Of a stretch of 64,000 nt of DNA, positions 23,114-42,487 are shown one piece after another. This DNA is from Tubulanus polymorphus (lineage: Eukaryota; Animalia; Nemertea). Location: positions 3,782,001 through 3,846,000 of the forward strand of contig NC_134035.1 in the NCBI RefSeq assembly GCF_964204645.1, in the 5' to 3' direction. A model generated the notes under the pieces. The model did not search any database. It had not been told where the DNA came from and saw only the letters and a program-made list of their open reading frames with translations. Position 1 is the stretch's first letter. Each line of letters opens with the position of its first letter. Made by a program: the position numbers and the translations under genes.

Positions 23114-24675
23114 TATATATATATATATATATACCATGTTAATTCTAATTTCATTCACATATTTCACGAGTGGAACAGATTATATGTATATATTATTTAT
23201 ATTATGTGATATAAGTACATGTATTATGTATCTACTCTCAATCTTATTTCAGAAAATCTTTAGAAAGGGGAGCCCTTTTTACGACAAACACACCGAGGTG
23301 TCTCTTCCACCTCCTTCGCATCCGGAATGAAATGGAAAAACTTTTTTGTTGGTAAATGAAAAATGTCGAACTCGAAGTTTGTTATAACAAGGGTTCCCCT
23401 TATCAAAACCTAATACATATGTATTACCGGTATGCAATGTAACGAAATGAATTTATGGTACGAAGAAAATTTTGTCAATTCGATGTGGCAATATCATTCT
23501 ATTTTCGATGATTTTTATCATTACTTTTTTGATTTTAGCTCTTCTAGACCTATACCTTGCCAGGTACGATAGAGTCGACCAGATTTGAAATGGAGAATTA
23601 GGGAAATCTTGAGGTCGAATCAAGAGAAAATCTCCGTAAAATTCATCGATTAAAGTGCAAAGTAAAGAGAAGTCTACTGTCGCGATTGTATGATGGCTTT
23701 AGTAGAGAGCAAAGCGCTTTCTAAAGCAGATTTCGACTGAAGTTCTGTATTACTTTTTTAGACAGTTTCCAACTGATACCAGCAGGAGACTTCACAATAC
23801 TTTAAAAAATAGATTTTCAAGATTTCAAAAAAATCGCATTCGCACTCCGTCCTGAGATGACCATGATTGCGACGTCGATTTCGCGGGTAAATTTTGGCAC
23901 AAAAATAAACACAGATTCGAACGTAATTTCGCACAAGATTGTGGTTGATGATGATATTCGATTAATCTATCGAACTATGATGACGCGCGATCAACGTAAT
24001 TTCACGCGTTTTTAATTGCAGTCAATTTGTCATGTCATGTCATGTCATGGTACGTGAAGCTAACGCGAGATTACTTTTTCTTCGTGTCCATCAACTTGAA
24101 ATAGAGAAAAAGAAAACGATATTACGATAAAATGACGACCGGTAACTTTTGGTCGTAAACATTATTATCAAACAGCTAATTTTCGTTTTTTTTCTTTTTA
24201 ATAAGAACCGGGGAAGGCGATTATTACGACGAAAAGTCTTTCCTTCCCCCGACGACACACGCAAACATGCACTTCTAAACAGTTATCAGTCGGAAAATTC
24301 AATACCAAAAAGGTACTAAAGACACCGATTCATGCAAAAACCGCTGAAAGTTAAATGAAAAATTGAGAATATTTGAATTGTTATGCAGTAGACTCGGCAT
24401 TAATTCGATAATTCGTAAATATTTCACTGAGTTAAGAAATAAGGCAAACTGGTTTTCCTAATTTATCCCAGTAAAATTCACCAATTTGAACAATTTGCCG
24501 ATCGAGACTTTGCGAGAACGTATTCGTAACATATCTACCGAATTAGAGCAGCTTATACCGCCTGTCGAGTAAGGCCGAGTCTTCTGTAGAATGTAAAGCT
24601 ACAAAAAATGTGTGATGAAATTCAAGAAGATCCGACTACCATAAATATGTAGATAGGTTAAGAAGCTTTTTATTA

Positions 24676-25084
24676 CAGGGTCCCTATCGATCAGCCATTC
24701 CTGGATGTAAGGTCAAGGGGTTGTTAAGGAGCTTTAAAGGAGAAAATTGAACATCTAACGAAGCGCCTGACCATTTTGAAATCCCAATTACGAGAGACTC
24801 AGCACAGTTTATCGCAGTAAACCATTAATTCAGTGGTTTTGTAGGCGAATTTTTATCCTTTTACTAGCTGAACTTTCTAATTAGGTAACCACCTAATTGC
24901 GTAATGAATTGGTTCCAACTATACTGATTTGGCGTAATCTACAGTAAACTTCTAATAGTCTCTTTCTCAAAATTGAAGGGGTTTCAAGCATTTAGCTCAA
25001 ACTAAAGGAGTTTCAAGCACCTTTAAAAGTATTTAACGTTAAGAAGGAGTTTCTAAGGAATCAAGGAGTGTTGTAGGGACCCTG
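24676..25084. mobile_element. MITE with CAGGGTCCCTA TIRs flanked by TA
   Basis: TA|CAGGGTCCCTA ... TAGGGACCCTG|TA. Confidence 0.65.
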
Positions 25085-25289
25085 TATTAAAACCACGAGG
25101 AAATAGTTATCCATAATTTGAAGTTGCTTCAGGGTTAGGAACCGTTAAATCGAATATTCGAAGCGTAGAAATATTGTTATCGAAGTTACATAGTACCTTT
25201 AACCATCGCGACCAATAAACCGGAATACACCAGAGTTTTAGATGAAAGCGCAACGAAGAAATTGTGAGCTTTTTGTTTTGGACGTATGC

Positions 25290-32069
<6,780 letters not shown>

Positions 32070-32677
32070 CGTGTCAATTTACAGCAATTTACTAAAATAC
32101 CGTAATTAATCAGACAATTTCACTGAACCCGGAAGTGAATGATTGGTAACTGCAGTATGACGACCCTGGACGCATGGAGTTTCAGAGCACTTCACTTACA
32201 GGCCTTTCGGCGTCCTTTTAATGTTTAAAACCTTTTACTGAATGGGCCAAGTATGCCCATTTTGATCGATAAACTGATGAGATAATCTCTTCTAAGTTTA
32301 TTTCAAAGATGATATGTGAATCCCCAATTGATCGCGCTTAAATAGGCTTAATTCTTCTAACATTTCGTAGTTTTAACTAAACCTCGTCATCAGCCAGAAA
32401 AAAAACGAAAAATGGGTTCACTTATCAACAATAAATCACTTATCAACCATAAATAGCTGAAATTACATCAGTCTACCAGTCAACTAGTCTATTCGTAATT
32501 TTTTCAGGTGATCTGCCTTTAGGCCTCAGCTATCTCCCGGTCTAAAACTCTTCAAACGCGCCGTCGCTGTTTCGTTCAACGGTCCGGATAGATTAGTATT
32601 ATCGACTGTTGTGTCCTGGTAGCGGCGTCGCGGCGTCATCCTCGGCCCGGTCTAACCGTGCTATCCGCAGTGGTTCA
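32070..32677. promoter_or_regulatory. Probable bidirectional promoter between ALDH3 and DNAJC25
   Basis: Divergent start codons about 610 bp apart; ETS/GABP-type CCGGAAGTG at 32129-32137 and an inverted CCAAT (GATTGG) at 32141-32146. Confidence 0.6.
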
Positions 32678-35600
32678 ATGATGGCGACGTCGACGACGTT
32701 GACGTGTTTACTGCTGGTGAATATTTTCGTGTTTAGCCCTGTTAGCGGTTTGTTAGAGGGCATGTACTGCGGTAAAGACAACTGTTACGATCGTAAGTTT
32801 CAATCCTCTAAACCGATTTAACATCGTACAAACGACACGTATTTATTTTGCCAATTTTGTTAATGTTATTGGACCCAGTTCCAGTTTATTTATACACCTG
32901 GCCGCAGTGAGTGCTGCAAACGCCAAGGCCCCCTACCCTCTCTGGCCCTGGTCTTACCCTACGGCTACTTGGCCTACCCTACCAACCACCTACGATCACT
33001 AAGGTCAGATTTTATTTGAATCTGGTTAAAAGAGGCCTGCATCAGATTCTGTCCTGTAGATGGAAAGCACTGACAGTGACAGGCCGAAAGTTAGTTACTT
33101 AAGTTAGGCCTGTGTAGCGTACGTTACGTCGTAAATGGTCGGTGGTAAGCTTTCATAATCGGATGGGCTCATACCAACTGTGAAAATATCCCCTTGTCGA
33201 ACTAAACCATAGACAGGTTACTGACTAATAAGGCCGGAGGGTTGTAGGCCTACATATTCCGAGCTTCCGGGACCCAGCGAACCTTTCCAGGGTTTAATGT
33301 GTTAGTTGTTGCTTAACCAACAAACCAGATCGCTTTGATCACTCCGACACTACCATATTCAGCTAGCTTTGTGCTGTACCCCATTAAGGGCCTGTTGATG
33401 ACGTAAACTAACTCGAAATTGCTTTCTTATTTCAGTGCTCGGTATGACGAGGGATAATACGAAGGTAAGCCAGCTAAAATAGACTGTACGACTATTTAGA
33501 GAACGCTTCGTAAAACATTTCTTGGAAAATTTTCAAAAAAATCTATTTCGAATTCGTTTTCAGACAGAGATAACGAAGGCGTATCGAAAGCTGGCGCGAA
33601 AATGGCATCCCGACAGACACAGGGACCCGGTGATGAAAGAAGAGGCGTCTGTGATGTTTCAGAATATCGCAAGAGCCTACGAAGTATGTAAGCCTTTCAC
33701 GACGGAAACACAGTTTTCATACGCGTGTAGACTTTAAAGTGTCTATAAGTGGCAGTGTTCAAACAGTGTTCTTGACTACGATTAGTTTCCCATTACACAA
33801 AATCAATTACCATCGATTTGAAATGAACTGAATTAATGACCAAATTAGGGATGATTGTAAAGTTTTGAAACAAGGTCCTGGGGCCCAGTTTCACAAAAGG
33901 TTTAACTCTTAAATCGATTTAATTACTTCATTATTTCAGTTTATCTTTAATCGGTGATTTAGGCCTTAAACCTCTCTGTGAAACTGGGCCCTGGGCTTAG
34001 CTTCATGAAGAATTAGGCCTAAATTAACTTCTTAAATAAAGGAATTAAAATGATTAGAGACTCGATCCTTTTTGTGAATCTAGGTCCATGGCCGAGTTTC
34101 ACAAAAATGAATAGCAACTTAAACTAATTTACGATAAGCTGAATTAATGTAGAAATTGAATTGAGGTTTTATTTCTCCATGAAATTTGACTGTGGGTCCC
34201 ACAGAGCTCGAGTTACTAAGTCAAATACATGTACCCGGTAATTAATCTTAAAATCTGGATGATCTTTGGCAAAAAGAACATTATTTAGGCCTAAACCAGG
34301 CGAAACCCACAATTGATGATATATAACTACCGTATTCATTTTCTGACAATTTCGAAGTTTTGACTAAACTTCCATCATCGGAAAAACCAAAATTAATTTG
34401 GTTTCTCCGACGATGGAAGTTTAGACTGTCTCAGAATAAACAGTTAAATCATCAACTCTGCGGTTTTCGCTCCTTAACTCTGTGAAATACTGAGATTTAG
34501 ATATGATATCAGTCATTATTCATAAGCCACTTTTCACTAATAGACACGTAATTTACGATGACTTAGGTTGCAAGAATATCTCGTATTAATCGTGACACCT
34601 GGTCATTATTAGCAGACTTGAGTGTGCGACACGACATCATCACAGCTGTGACGGTTTAACATCTGTATCCGTCTTCATCGTACTTTCAGGAATTACTTCA
34701 GGCAAATTCACACTCGCATAACCGTTTGTGTAACATCTGGAGTTAATTGCATTTCCGATAATGCAACAAGTGCTCACACGGCGCGCGCGCGATAGATTTT
34801 GCATATTTAACTATTTTATTGATTTGCTTCGAACAAAAGGTATCCTCAGGTCGCGTGGCAGCTGGCTAATTGTTTAGTTATCGGATTAATGATTATTAAC
34901 CATTTCAATGTCGCACTTGACTTGGCGTAAAAAAAATTGTGCGATAGATTTTGCATATTTAACTATTTTATTGATTCGCTTAGAACAAAAGGTATTATCC
35001 TCAGGTCACACGGCAGCTGGCTAATTGTTTAAGTTATCGGATTAATGATTATTAACTATTTTGATGTCGTACTTGACTCGGTGTCAAAATTCAACTGTTT
35101 TGTGTGAAAAGAATTGAAAATGATATGAGATTTGAATTGAAACTGCAGAACTGAGTTGAGGAATTTAGCGTATTTTATCTATCCAAGGACTGATCTATTG
35201 TTCGGCTTTGGGATGCAAAGAATAAGCTAACATTTTAGAATTGCTGCTCTCTATCAGCCCACGGGCGATTTTGAGATCCCATAGAACTTTTGGTCAATCT
35301 AATTGAACCTCCCCCCCTATTTCCTTAATTAAGACATTTTGCATTTGCAAATAATTTCTTCGCAGATTTTGAAAGATGAAGGCGCCCGTAGTGAATATGA
35401 CTATATGTTGGATAATCCAGGTAATCAATCCACGATTTAGAACTGCCCCCTTTCTGACATTTCAGCACTTATGCGCTGATAAAATGTCTAGTGTTTATGG
35501 TTCATTTTCAAGTGAAAATTGAAAATGTCTCGGGTGAAGTGCTGACCGCATGTGAAGTGTGAATGATCAGTTTTCGAAAGTGTGTCGATAAATGTCTAAC

Positions 35601-38531
35601 ATCTGGCGTTTGTAGTTATTTTCAATTGAAAATGTCTCAGCTGAAATTCGGAACACGTGTGAAGCATGAATGATGTTTGTGAAAGTGTGCTGATAAGGTG
35701 TCTAACACCTGGTGTTCGAAGTTCATTTCTAATTCGAAATCGTGACCACATGTCAAATGTGTACGCTATCAAAAATTGATAGATCGATGATCAAATATCG
35801 AATGCCTTAGGGGTGTGGGCTCTGTCCAATGTTGTATAATTGTAATAATATATAATATAATAATGTTACAATATATGTTTATATATATATATTTTCAGAG
35901 GAAATGTGGATGAATTATTATTACTATTATCGCCGCCGGATGGCGCCACAAGTCGACGTTCGTATAGTGTTAGTCGTTACTATATCGATAGTTTCTGTTA
36001 TACAGGTAAAACAATGAATAAATCAAGTCTTCTAAATCACCCTTTCAGTGCTGAATGAATCATAGGCGATAGTGCTAGAGGGTGATTTGAAAATTTTGAA
36101 AAATTCCACCAGTGTATTCAATGACAGACTTACTGCTATAGCGCGTCTACACCGCGGTGCGGTGTATCAGTAGTTACTGATATTTCACCATATTTGACAT
36201 GTATTGCCATCTTTCAATATAGATAAAAACTAATTACTAATAACGTCAATACTCCACGATGCGGTGTATTAGCCAAGTCCATCACCGATTTATACACTGC
36301 ACTGTAAGGGTCTCTACGGCCTTTTTATTGCGATTTTCAAATTGACAAAACTAAATCTTTGTGAAAATGTGTTGAATTCGTTGTTGAATTGTTTGTAGTA
36401 TTACGGAGCGTGGAGTAACTATCACACGGCTATCAGTTACCTGGCGACCGTACCGAAATATCGAATACGCGCTTTAGACATCGCGAAAACGGAGAAACTA
36501 CTCGACGATATACGCAATAAAAAACTAAACCGCAAAATGACGAAGGTATTCTTCGATCGATTTTCAGCGTGAAACGGTTGAATTTCCGCGTTGAATGATT
36601 GATATGTTTTCTTTTTATTCTCTTTTCTCAGGATGAGATTAAAGAAAAAGAAGAAACTGTTATTAAAAATATCATAGTAGAAAAAATGGATATACGGTAA
36701 TGATAAGAGATTTGAATCTCGGCGGGTAGGGGTCTGCTAATGAGTTAGGGGTTAATAATAGGGGTCTAGCTAGGGGTTAATAGGGGTCTAGCTAATGAAT
36801 GACATTCGCATGAGTCTCATGATGGTATCCCTGGTTCAAATATGTGTGAGTGAGGAATATGGCTGAGTCTCATGATGCCGTCAGGCTCAAAATATCTGCG
36901 AGGGAGGAACACGGCAGAGTCTCTTAATGCCATCAGGTTTAGAATAGTTGTGAGGGAGAAATGCGGCCGAGTCTCTTCAAATCCCTGCGAGACGGAGGAA
37001 CATAGCAGAGTCTCTGTTGATGCCATCGGGTTTGAAATAGCTGTGAGGAAGGTACACAGCTGAGTCTCTTCAAATCCCTGAGAGGGAGGATGCATATGTA
37101 ACGATCAAGAGCCAGTGAAATTGCGCGCACTCACCGCGGATCGAACCCGGGTCTCGTACGTAGAAAGCAGCAGGCGCGCTAACCAGTAGACCAATAGACC
37201 TAGTCTACTTGGCGAGTGGTTATACAGCTTTTTGTATATGCATAACACATATGTTTAAAAAGTCAATATCAGCCATTAATCGAATGTTTTGTCTCTGATT
37301 TACAGCGGTGGTTACAGTAAACCTAGCGTATTGAATACACTGTGGTTACAATTAGCGTGCAGTCCGTATTATCTAGGCGTTTATATCTGGTGGTGGCTGC
37401 GCTGGATATTCAAGTACTGGATTCTAAAAGAAGAATACGGAGACGCCGAGAAAGAGTACATCATACGTAGAAATATGGGACTTAGTCAAACGCAATGGGA
37501 GGTAAATAGACATTGTCGCTCGTCGAAATATCTATACCTTACACTCCCTCTATCACCTCCTATTCCCCCTCTCTCTTATCTATGTCCTTGAGACTTATCT
37601 GCTGAATGTCCTGGCCCTATTTTATAGACCCGGGGTCAGTTCTACAGTCGAGACAAAAGACCAAAAGTAGTCTTGAGATCGAGACCGGTCTTTAAGATGT
37701 TCAATGGGCTATTATAGAACTAAGATGAACGTAGATTGGTCTTAAGTCTAAACCACAAGGAACAAGGGTCGGTTATTAGGTTGAGACTTCAGTCGCGAAG
37801 TCGGTTATGGTTGGTCGTAAGTTGTTTGATTAGCTATAGAACGTAGACGGTCCAAGACTGGTTTAAAATGTAAGCTATAACTGTGCAACAGACCTCAGTT
37901 TTGACTTGATGTTTAGTAGAGTTACGGTTATTTTCACTCGTCAGTCACTCGGAGTTTATCAACCCCACAGTGTTCAATAGTTAGGCTAAAAAAAATTGAA
38001 ACCTTGTTTCTCCGCTCTGCTGAGCTTTAATGTTGACCCGGCCGGCCGCCTATCTACCCTATACATTACTTTTTTTAAAATCGTGATCAATTTTACCATA
38101 ACAGACCCGGCCGCTATAGAAATGAACTGTTTACCGATTTTATCAAATTTTACAAAAATGACCCGGCCGCTGCGGAGAAACAAGGTATCATTTTTGTTTA
38201 GCCTTACTTGAATTTCTTATTATTATCTGATTACAGGCTTTAGAAGATTACGACAAAACGTATTATATGAAGAGAGAACTGTGGATTAAAGAGCATTTTC
38301 AGGTATTTGTCCGTACGATAATTTTCTAAAATACTCGCGGCAACGTCTGCCATGATCATCGCTACGAAACCGGCTGTAATTTTCTGATGCTTTGATCATC
38401 TTTTCCAGGAATGGAAGGAGGAACGCGAAGCCGAAATGAAAGTAAAAATGGCCGAAAATGCGAAATATAAAAGTTACCGCCGATACATGAAAAGCGGAGG
38501 TCCCGGACAGTTATCATTCGGTCCCGATTAA
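32678..38531 (+). CDS. DNAJC25: DnaJ homolog subfamily C member 25. Exons: 32678-32792, 33436-33464, 33564-33683, 35366-35420, 35899-36005, 36399-36545, 36632-36696, 37306-37501, 38237-38302, 38409-38531
   Basis: Signal-peptide-like N-terminus then [17 protein letters not shown]; J domain with HPD ([12 protein letters not shown]...YDYMLDNP); [18 protein letters not shown] plus a TM segment; GGYSKP; C-terminal [15 protein letters not shown]. All junctions are GT-AG and in phase. Confidence 0.93.
33881..33991. mobile_element. Short PIF/Harbinger-like MITE
   Basis: Perfect 15-bp TIR GGGCCCAGTTTCACA / TGTGAAACTGGGCCC; CTG present on both flanks (boundary ambiguous by 1 nt). Confidence 0.7.
34298..34452. 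mobile_element. Degenerate Penelope-like inverted repeat with a hammerhead remnant, DNAJC25 intron 3
   Basis: Hairpin CTAAACTTCCATCATCGGAAAAACCAAA / TTTGGTTTCTCCGACGATGGAAGTTTAG. The minus strand reads CCGAUGA-UG-GAAGUUU(aguca)AAACUUC-GAAA-UUGUC-AGAAA. Confidence 0.55.
34788..35082. repeat. About 153-bp tandem duplication in DNAJC25 intron 3
   Basis: GCGATAGATTTTGCATATTTAACTATTTTATTGATT at about 34789 and 34941. Confidence 0.9.
37124..37200 (-). mobile_element. tRNA-derived SINE head or tRNA pseudogene in DNAJC25 intron 7
   Basis: Minus strand GGTCTATTGGTCTACTGGTTAGCGCG...GGGTTCGATCC carries A and B boxes; acceptor and anticodon stems do not pair. Confidence 0.6.
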
Positions 38532-38650
38532 TTGAATAATGAATCGTTTATAATACAGCTGTTTGTTTGTGTGTAATTTGAATTAGTCCCAGTCAGTGAA
38601 GAATTGATAATATGCATTTATAGAGATCTATCCAAGTTGTTCTTCGAGTG

Positions 38651-39325
38651 CAGGGTCCAGATGTACAGTCGAGATTTGAGTTCGAAATGATTATTGGTCT
38701 TACGTTGTTGTATTTATTATAGAACTAAAATGAACTTAGACTGTTCTTAAGTTGTTAGATTGGTTATAGAATCAAAATCAGCTTAGATTGGTCTTGGTTG
38801 TTAGATTGGTTATAGAACCAAAATGAGCTTACACCGGTCTTAAGTTGTTAGATTGTCTATGGAACCAAAATGAACTTAGACTGTTCCTAAGTTGTTAGAT
38901 TGGTTATAGAATCAAAATCAGCTTAGATTGGTCTTGGTTGTTAGATTGGTTATAGAACCAAAATGAGCTTACACCGGTCTTAAGTTGTTAGATTGTCTAT
39001 GGAACCAAAATGAACTTAGACTGTTCTTAAGTTGTTAGATTGGTTATACAATCGAAATCAGCTTAGACTGGTCTTAAGTTAGATCGGTTAGAACTAAAAT
39101 GAGCTTACTCTAGTCTTAAGTTGTTAGATTGTCTATAGAACCAAAATGAGCTTACACTGGTCTTAAGTTGTTAGATTGGTTATAGAATCAAAATCAGCTT
39201 AGACTGGTCTTAAGTTGTTGGATTGTCCATGGAACCAAAATCAGCTTACACCGGTCTTAAGTTGTTAGATTGGTTATAGAATCATTAAGTAAGCTTTAAT
39301 CAAAGCCTTGACTGTGCAACTGATC
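38651..39325. mobile_element. Harbinger-like MITE whose internal 47-bp unit is amplified to about 12-13 copies; low-copy relatives at 20650-20815, 30720-30790, 30907-31044 and 37632-37896
   Basis: Unit GGTCTTAAGTTGTTAGATTGGTTATAGAACCAAAATGAGCTTAGACT; termini approximate GGCCAGTTGCACAGTC...GACTGTGCAACTG. Confidence 0.8.
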
Positions 39326-40144
39326 ATTGAGGGTTCTCAAATATTGTTCTTCCTCTATTTTACTGACTGTTGATTCAAACTGGAATCTCATATCGTAACA
39401 AACTCAAATAAGTCCAGGCTGTATGATGATTTATTGGATAAGACGAACGGAAATTTTCGCCCCGAATGAAAAATTTACTCAACTCACATCTAGAACTGGG
39501 GATTTAACGCAGTTTGTTTCTAATGAGATTCCGCTATTTCTTCACTCAAACGCGGGGTATAAATCTGCTGCTCAGATCCACGCTCCTCGAGAAAAGCCAT
39601 TCTTCCAAGATTTCACACATGCGTTTAGGTGCGGTTCCGGGCTACAGATCGATCATGTACCTATACTATTACTGTTTTCTCCGGTATTAATCACTGACTG
39701 GCGACACCTGGTGACCATTTTTTGAAATGTTTATACGTTGTCGTGCTTATACGATAGTAAATCTCCCGATCGTCCGTTTATCATTCCGTTTACATATCTC
39801 CCCCCCCTCTAAACGGCTCATAAATCAAGTCCAAACTTACGAAGGTTATCGATTGTCTCGATGTTAGTTCGGCTATTGGCCTAGCAATTGAACGTACAGT
39901 ATACGAATTCACAGCCATATACATGTATTAGTTACAGAAAATGCAAAAACGGGGATTATCATGTCCTGTTCATTTCTTATTAATGTAAAATACAGCGGTT
40001 CAGATGCAATTCCTACTTAAGCTATCTATTGGAAATATACCTAATTTGAAGAACAACGTTTTTTAATAACGAAATTCAATTAATATGACTATTTCTTTTT
40101 GTACCATCATCGAGGTTTGAGGTTATAGACCGGGCAATAGCCGT

Positions 40145-41028
40145 AATATTGGTGCATCTATGATTCTGAATATTGGTGCATCTATAATTCTGAATATTGG
40201 TGCATCTATATTTCTTAATATTGGTACATCTACAATTCTGAATATTGGTGCATCTACAATTCTGGATATTGGTGCATCTATAATTCTGAATATTGGTGCA
40301 TCTACAATTCTTAATATTGGTACATCTACAATTCTGAATATTGGTGCATCTACAATTCTGGATATTGGTGCATCTATAATTCTGAATATTGGTGCATCTA
40401 CAATTCTGAATATTGGTGCATCTATAATTCTGAATATTGGTGCATCTACAATTCTTAATATTGGTACATCTACAATTCTGAATATTGGTGCATCTACAAT
40501 TCTGGATATTGGTGCATCTATAATTCTGAATATTGGTGCATCTACAATTCTGAATATTGGTGCATCTATAATTCTGAATATTGGTGCATCTATAATTCTG
40601 AATATTGGTGCATCTACAATTCTGAATATTGGTGCATCTACAGTTCTGAATATTGGTGCATCTACAATTCTGAATATTGGTGCATCTATAATTGTATAAT
40701 TCTGAATATTGGTGCATCTATAATTCTGAATATTGGTGCATCTACAATTCTAAATATTGGTGCATCTACAATTCTGAATATTGGTGCATCTATAATTGTA
40801 TAATTCTGAATATTGGTGCATCTATAATTCTGAATATTGGTGCAACTATAATTAAGAATACTGAATATTGGTGCATCCATAATTCTGAATATTGGTGCAT
40901 CTATAATTCTGAATATTGGTGCATCTACAATTCTAAATATTGGTGCATCTACAATTCTGAATATTGGTGCATCTATAATTCTGAATATTGGTACATCTAT
41001 AATTCTGAATATTGGTGCATCTACAATT
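40145..41028. repeat. 24-bp minisatellite, about 36 copies (TCTGAATATTGGTGCATCTAYAAT)
   Basis: Visible directly; explains ORFs 40076-41057. Confidence 0.97.
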
Positions 41029-41357
41029 CCTATGGGCGATGAAGCTTTTGTTGCCACCTGTTTGTTTCATAATGACTTTAATAGATTGTGTTATTTAAAT
41101 AGATTGTGTTACGTTAGTAAGCCAAACCTCAAAACATGTTATACAGTAGAACATATGATATTTATATTGAAACGAAGACAGATCTTGGAGCACATGACTT
41201 GATAACGCGTAGATTTTTATGCGTTAAAACGGTTTTTTATTACGGGCATTATTTGTTCATTTTTCGGATGAATTATTGCCAATTTTGTTTCATCGTTCTA
41301 AGATTGTGGAACTAGATCCAAACTGAGACAACTGTCGAAACTGAGACGAGAGTCGAG

Positions 41358-41525
41358 TTAAAACCCACCCAACCGTAGAACTGGGTACAGAATCAAATTA
41401 TACCCACACAACTGTGGAACTGGGTACAGAATCAAATTAAACCCACACAACTGTGGAACTGGATCTAGAATCAAATTAAACCCACACAACTGTGGAACTG
41501 GATCCAGAATCAAATTAAACCCTGG
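41358..41525. repeat. 39-bp tandem repeat, about 4 copies
   Basis: CCCACACAACTGTGGAACTGG at 41403, 41442 and 41481. Confidence 0.9.
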
Positions 41526-42110
41526 ATCCTGAAAAGATGTCCATAGATACTTTGAAACGTTTTTTTTCTGGTGGTGGATTAAGAGTTGTTCGAATTGGAT
41601 CACATTCAAAACTTCTATTTGTTTCTTAGAATTTTACCGAAATCAAACGGCTGTTAACGATAGGTAATTGATGCATGTGTGTTGTATGTATGTGTCTGGT
41701 GTACGTTAAAATCTTTCGTGTCACTCGAGAACTTTTTTCGAAAACTGCTGGTTGAATATAGTTTTTTTTAGCTGTAACGAGCTCACTCCTTTCCCTCTCT
41801 CCATTTTCATGTGTTGTATTATTGTTGATAATCTAGAGAAGTCGTTGAGAGTAACGAGTAAAATTTCTTATATAAAAATCGTGTATACACAGTTACAAAG
41901 CTAGGGCCGGTTCCGTAGATTAGTTTTAACTTTAAAACCCGGATGGGTCTGAACTGAATTGATAGTCTATTCGGCTGAAACCCAAGGCCAAGTTGCATAC
42001 AGTGATTCCTCATGATATTGAACCCTGATGAAAACATTTATTTGGAATTTCACTCTAACATAAGAGGATTTGATTGATTTCAGGAACATATTTTTCTGGT
42101 CAAATTCTAT

Positions 42111-42487
42111 GTAACAAGGTTCCGCTGTATCAATTATAACAAACCGATTTTCTGGTCTCCTGAAGTTCGTTGTAACGAGGTTCCGCTGTATCAGTTATAA
42201 CGAACAGATTTTTTGGTCTCCTGAAGTTCGTTGTAACGAGGTTCCGCTGTATCAGTTATAACGAACAGATTTTCTGGTCTCCTGAAGTTCGTTGTAACGA
42301 GGTTCCGCTGTATCAGTTATAACGAACAGATTTTTTGGTCTCCTGAAGTTCGTTGTAACGAGGTTCCGCTGTATCAGTTATAACAAACCGATTTTCTGGT
42401 CTCCTGAAGTTCGTTGTAACGAGGTTCCGCTGTATCAGTTATAACGAACAGATTTTCTGGTCTCCTGAAGTTCGTTGTAACGAGGTT
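42111..42487. repeat. 61-bp tandem repeat, 6 copies, built from a pogo/Tigger-type transposon end
   Basis: TTCCGCTGTA recurs every 61 bp from 42120 to 42425. The reverse complement gives TA-CAGCGGAACCTCGTTACAACGAA. Confidence 0.9.

Noticed and set aside
40076-41057. Cys-rich (CRCTNIQN)n and (ILNIGAST)n ORFs
   Set aside because: Open frames arise from a 24-bp unit (multiple of 3) on both strands; no splice or domain support.
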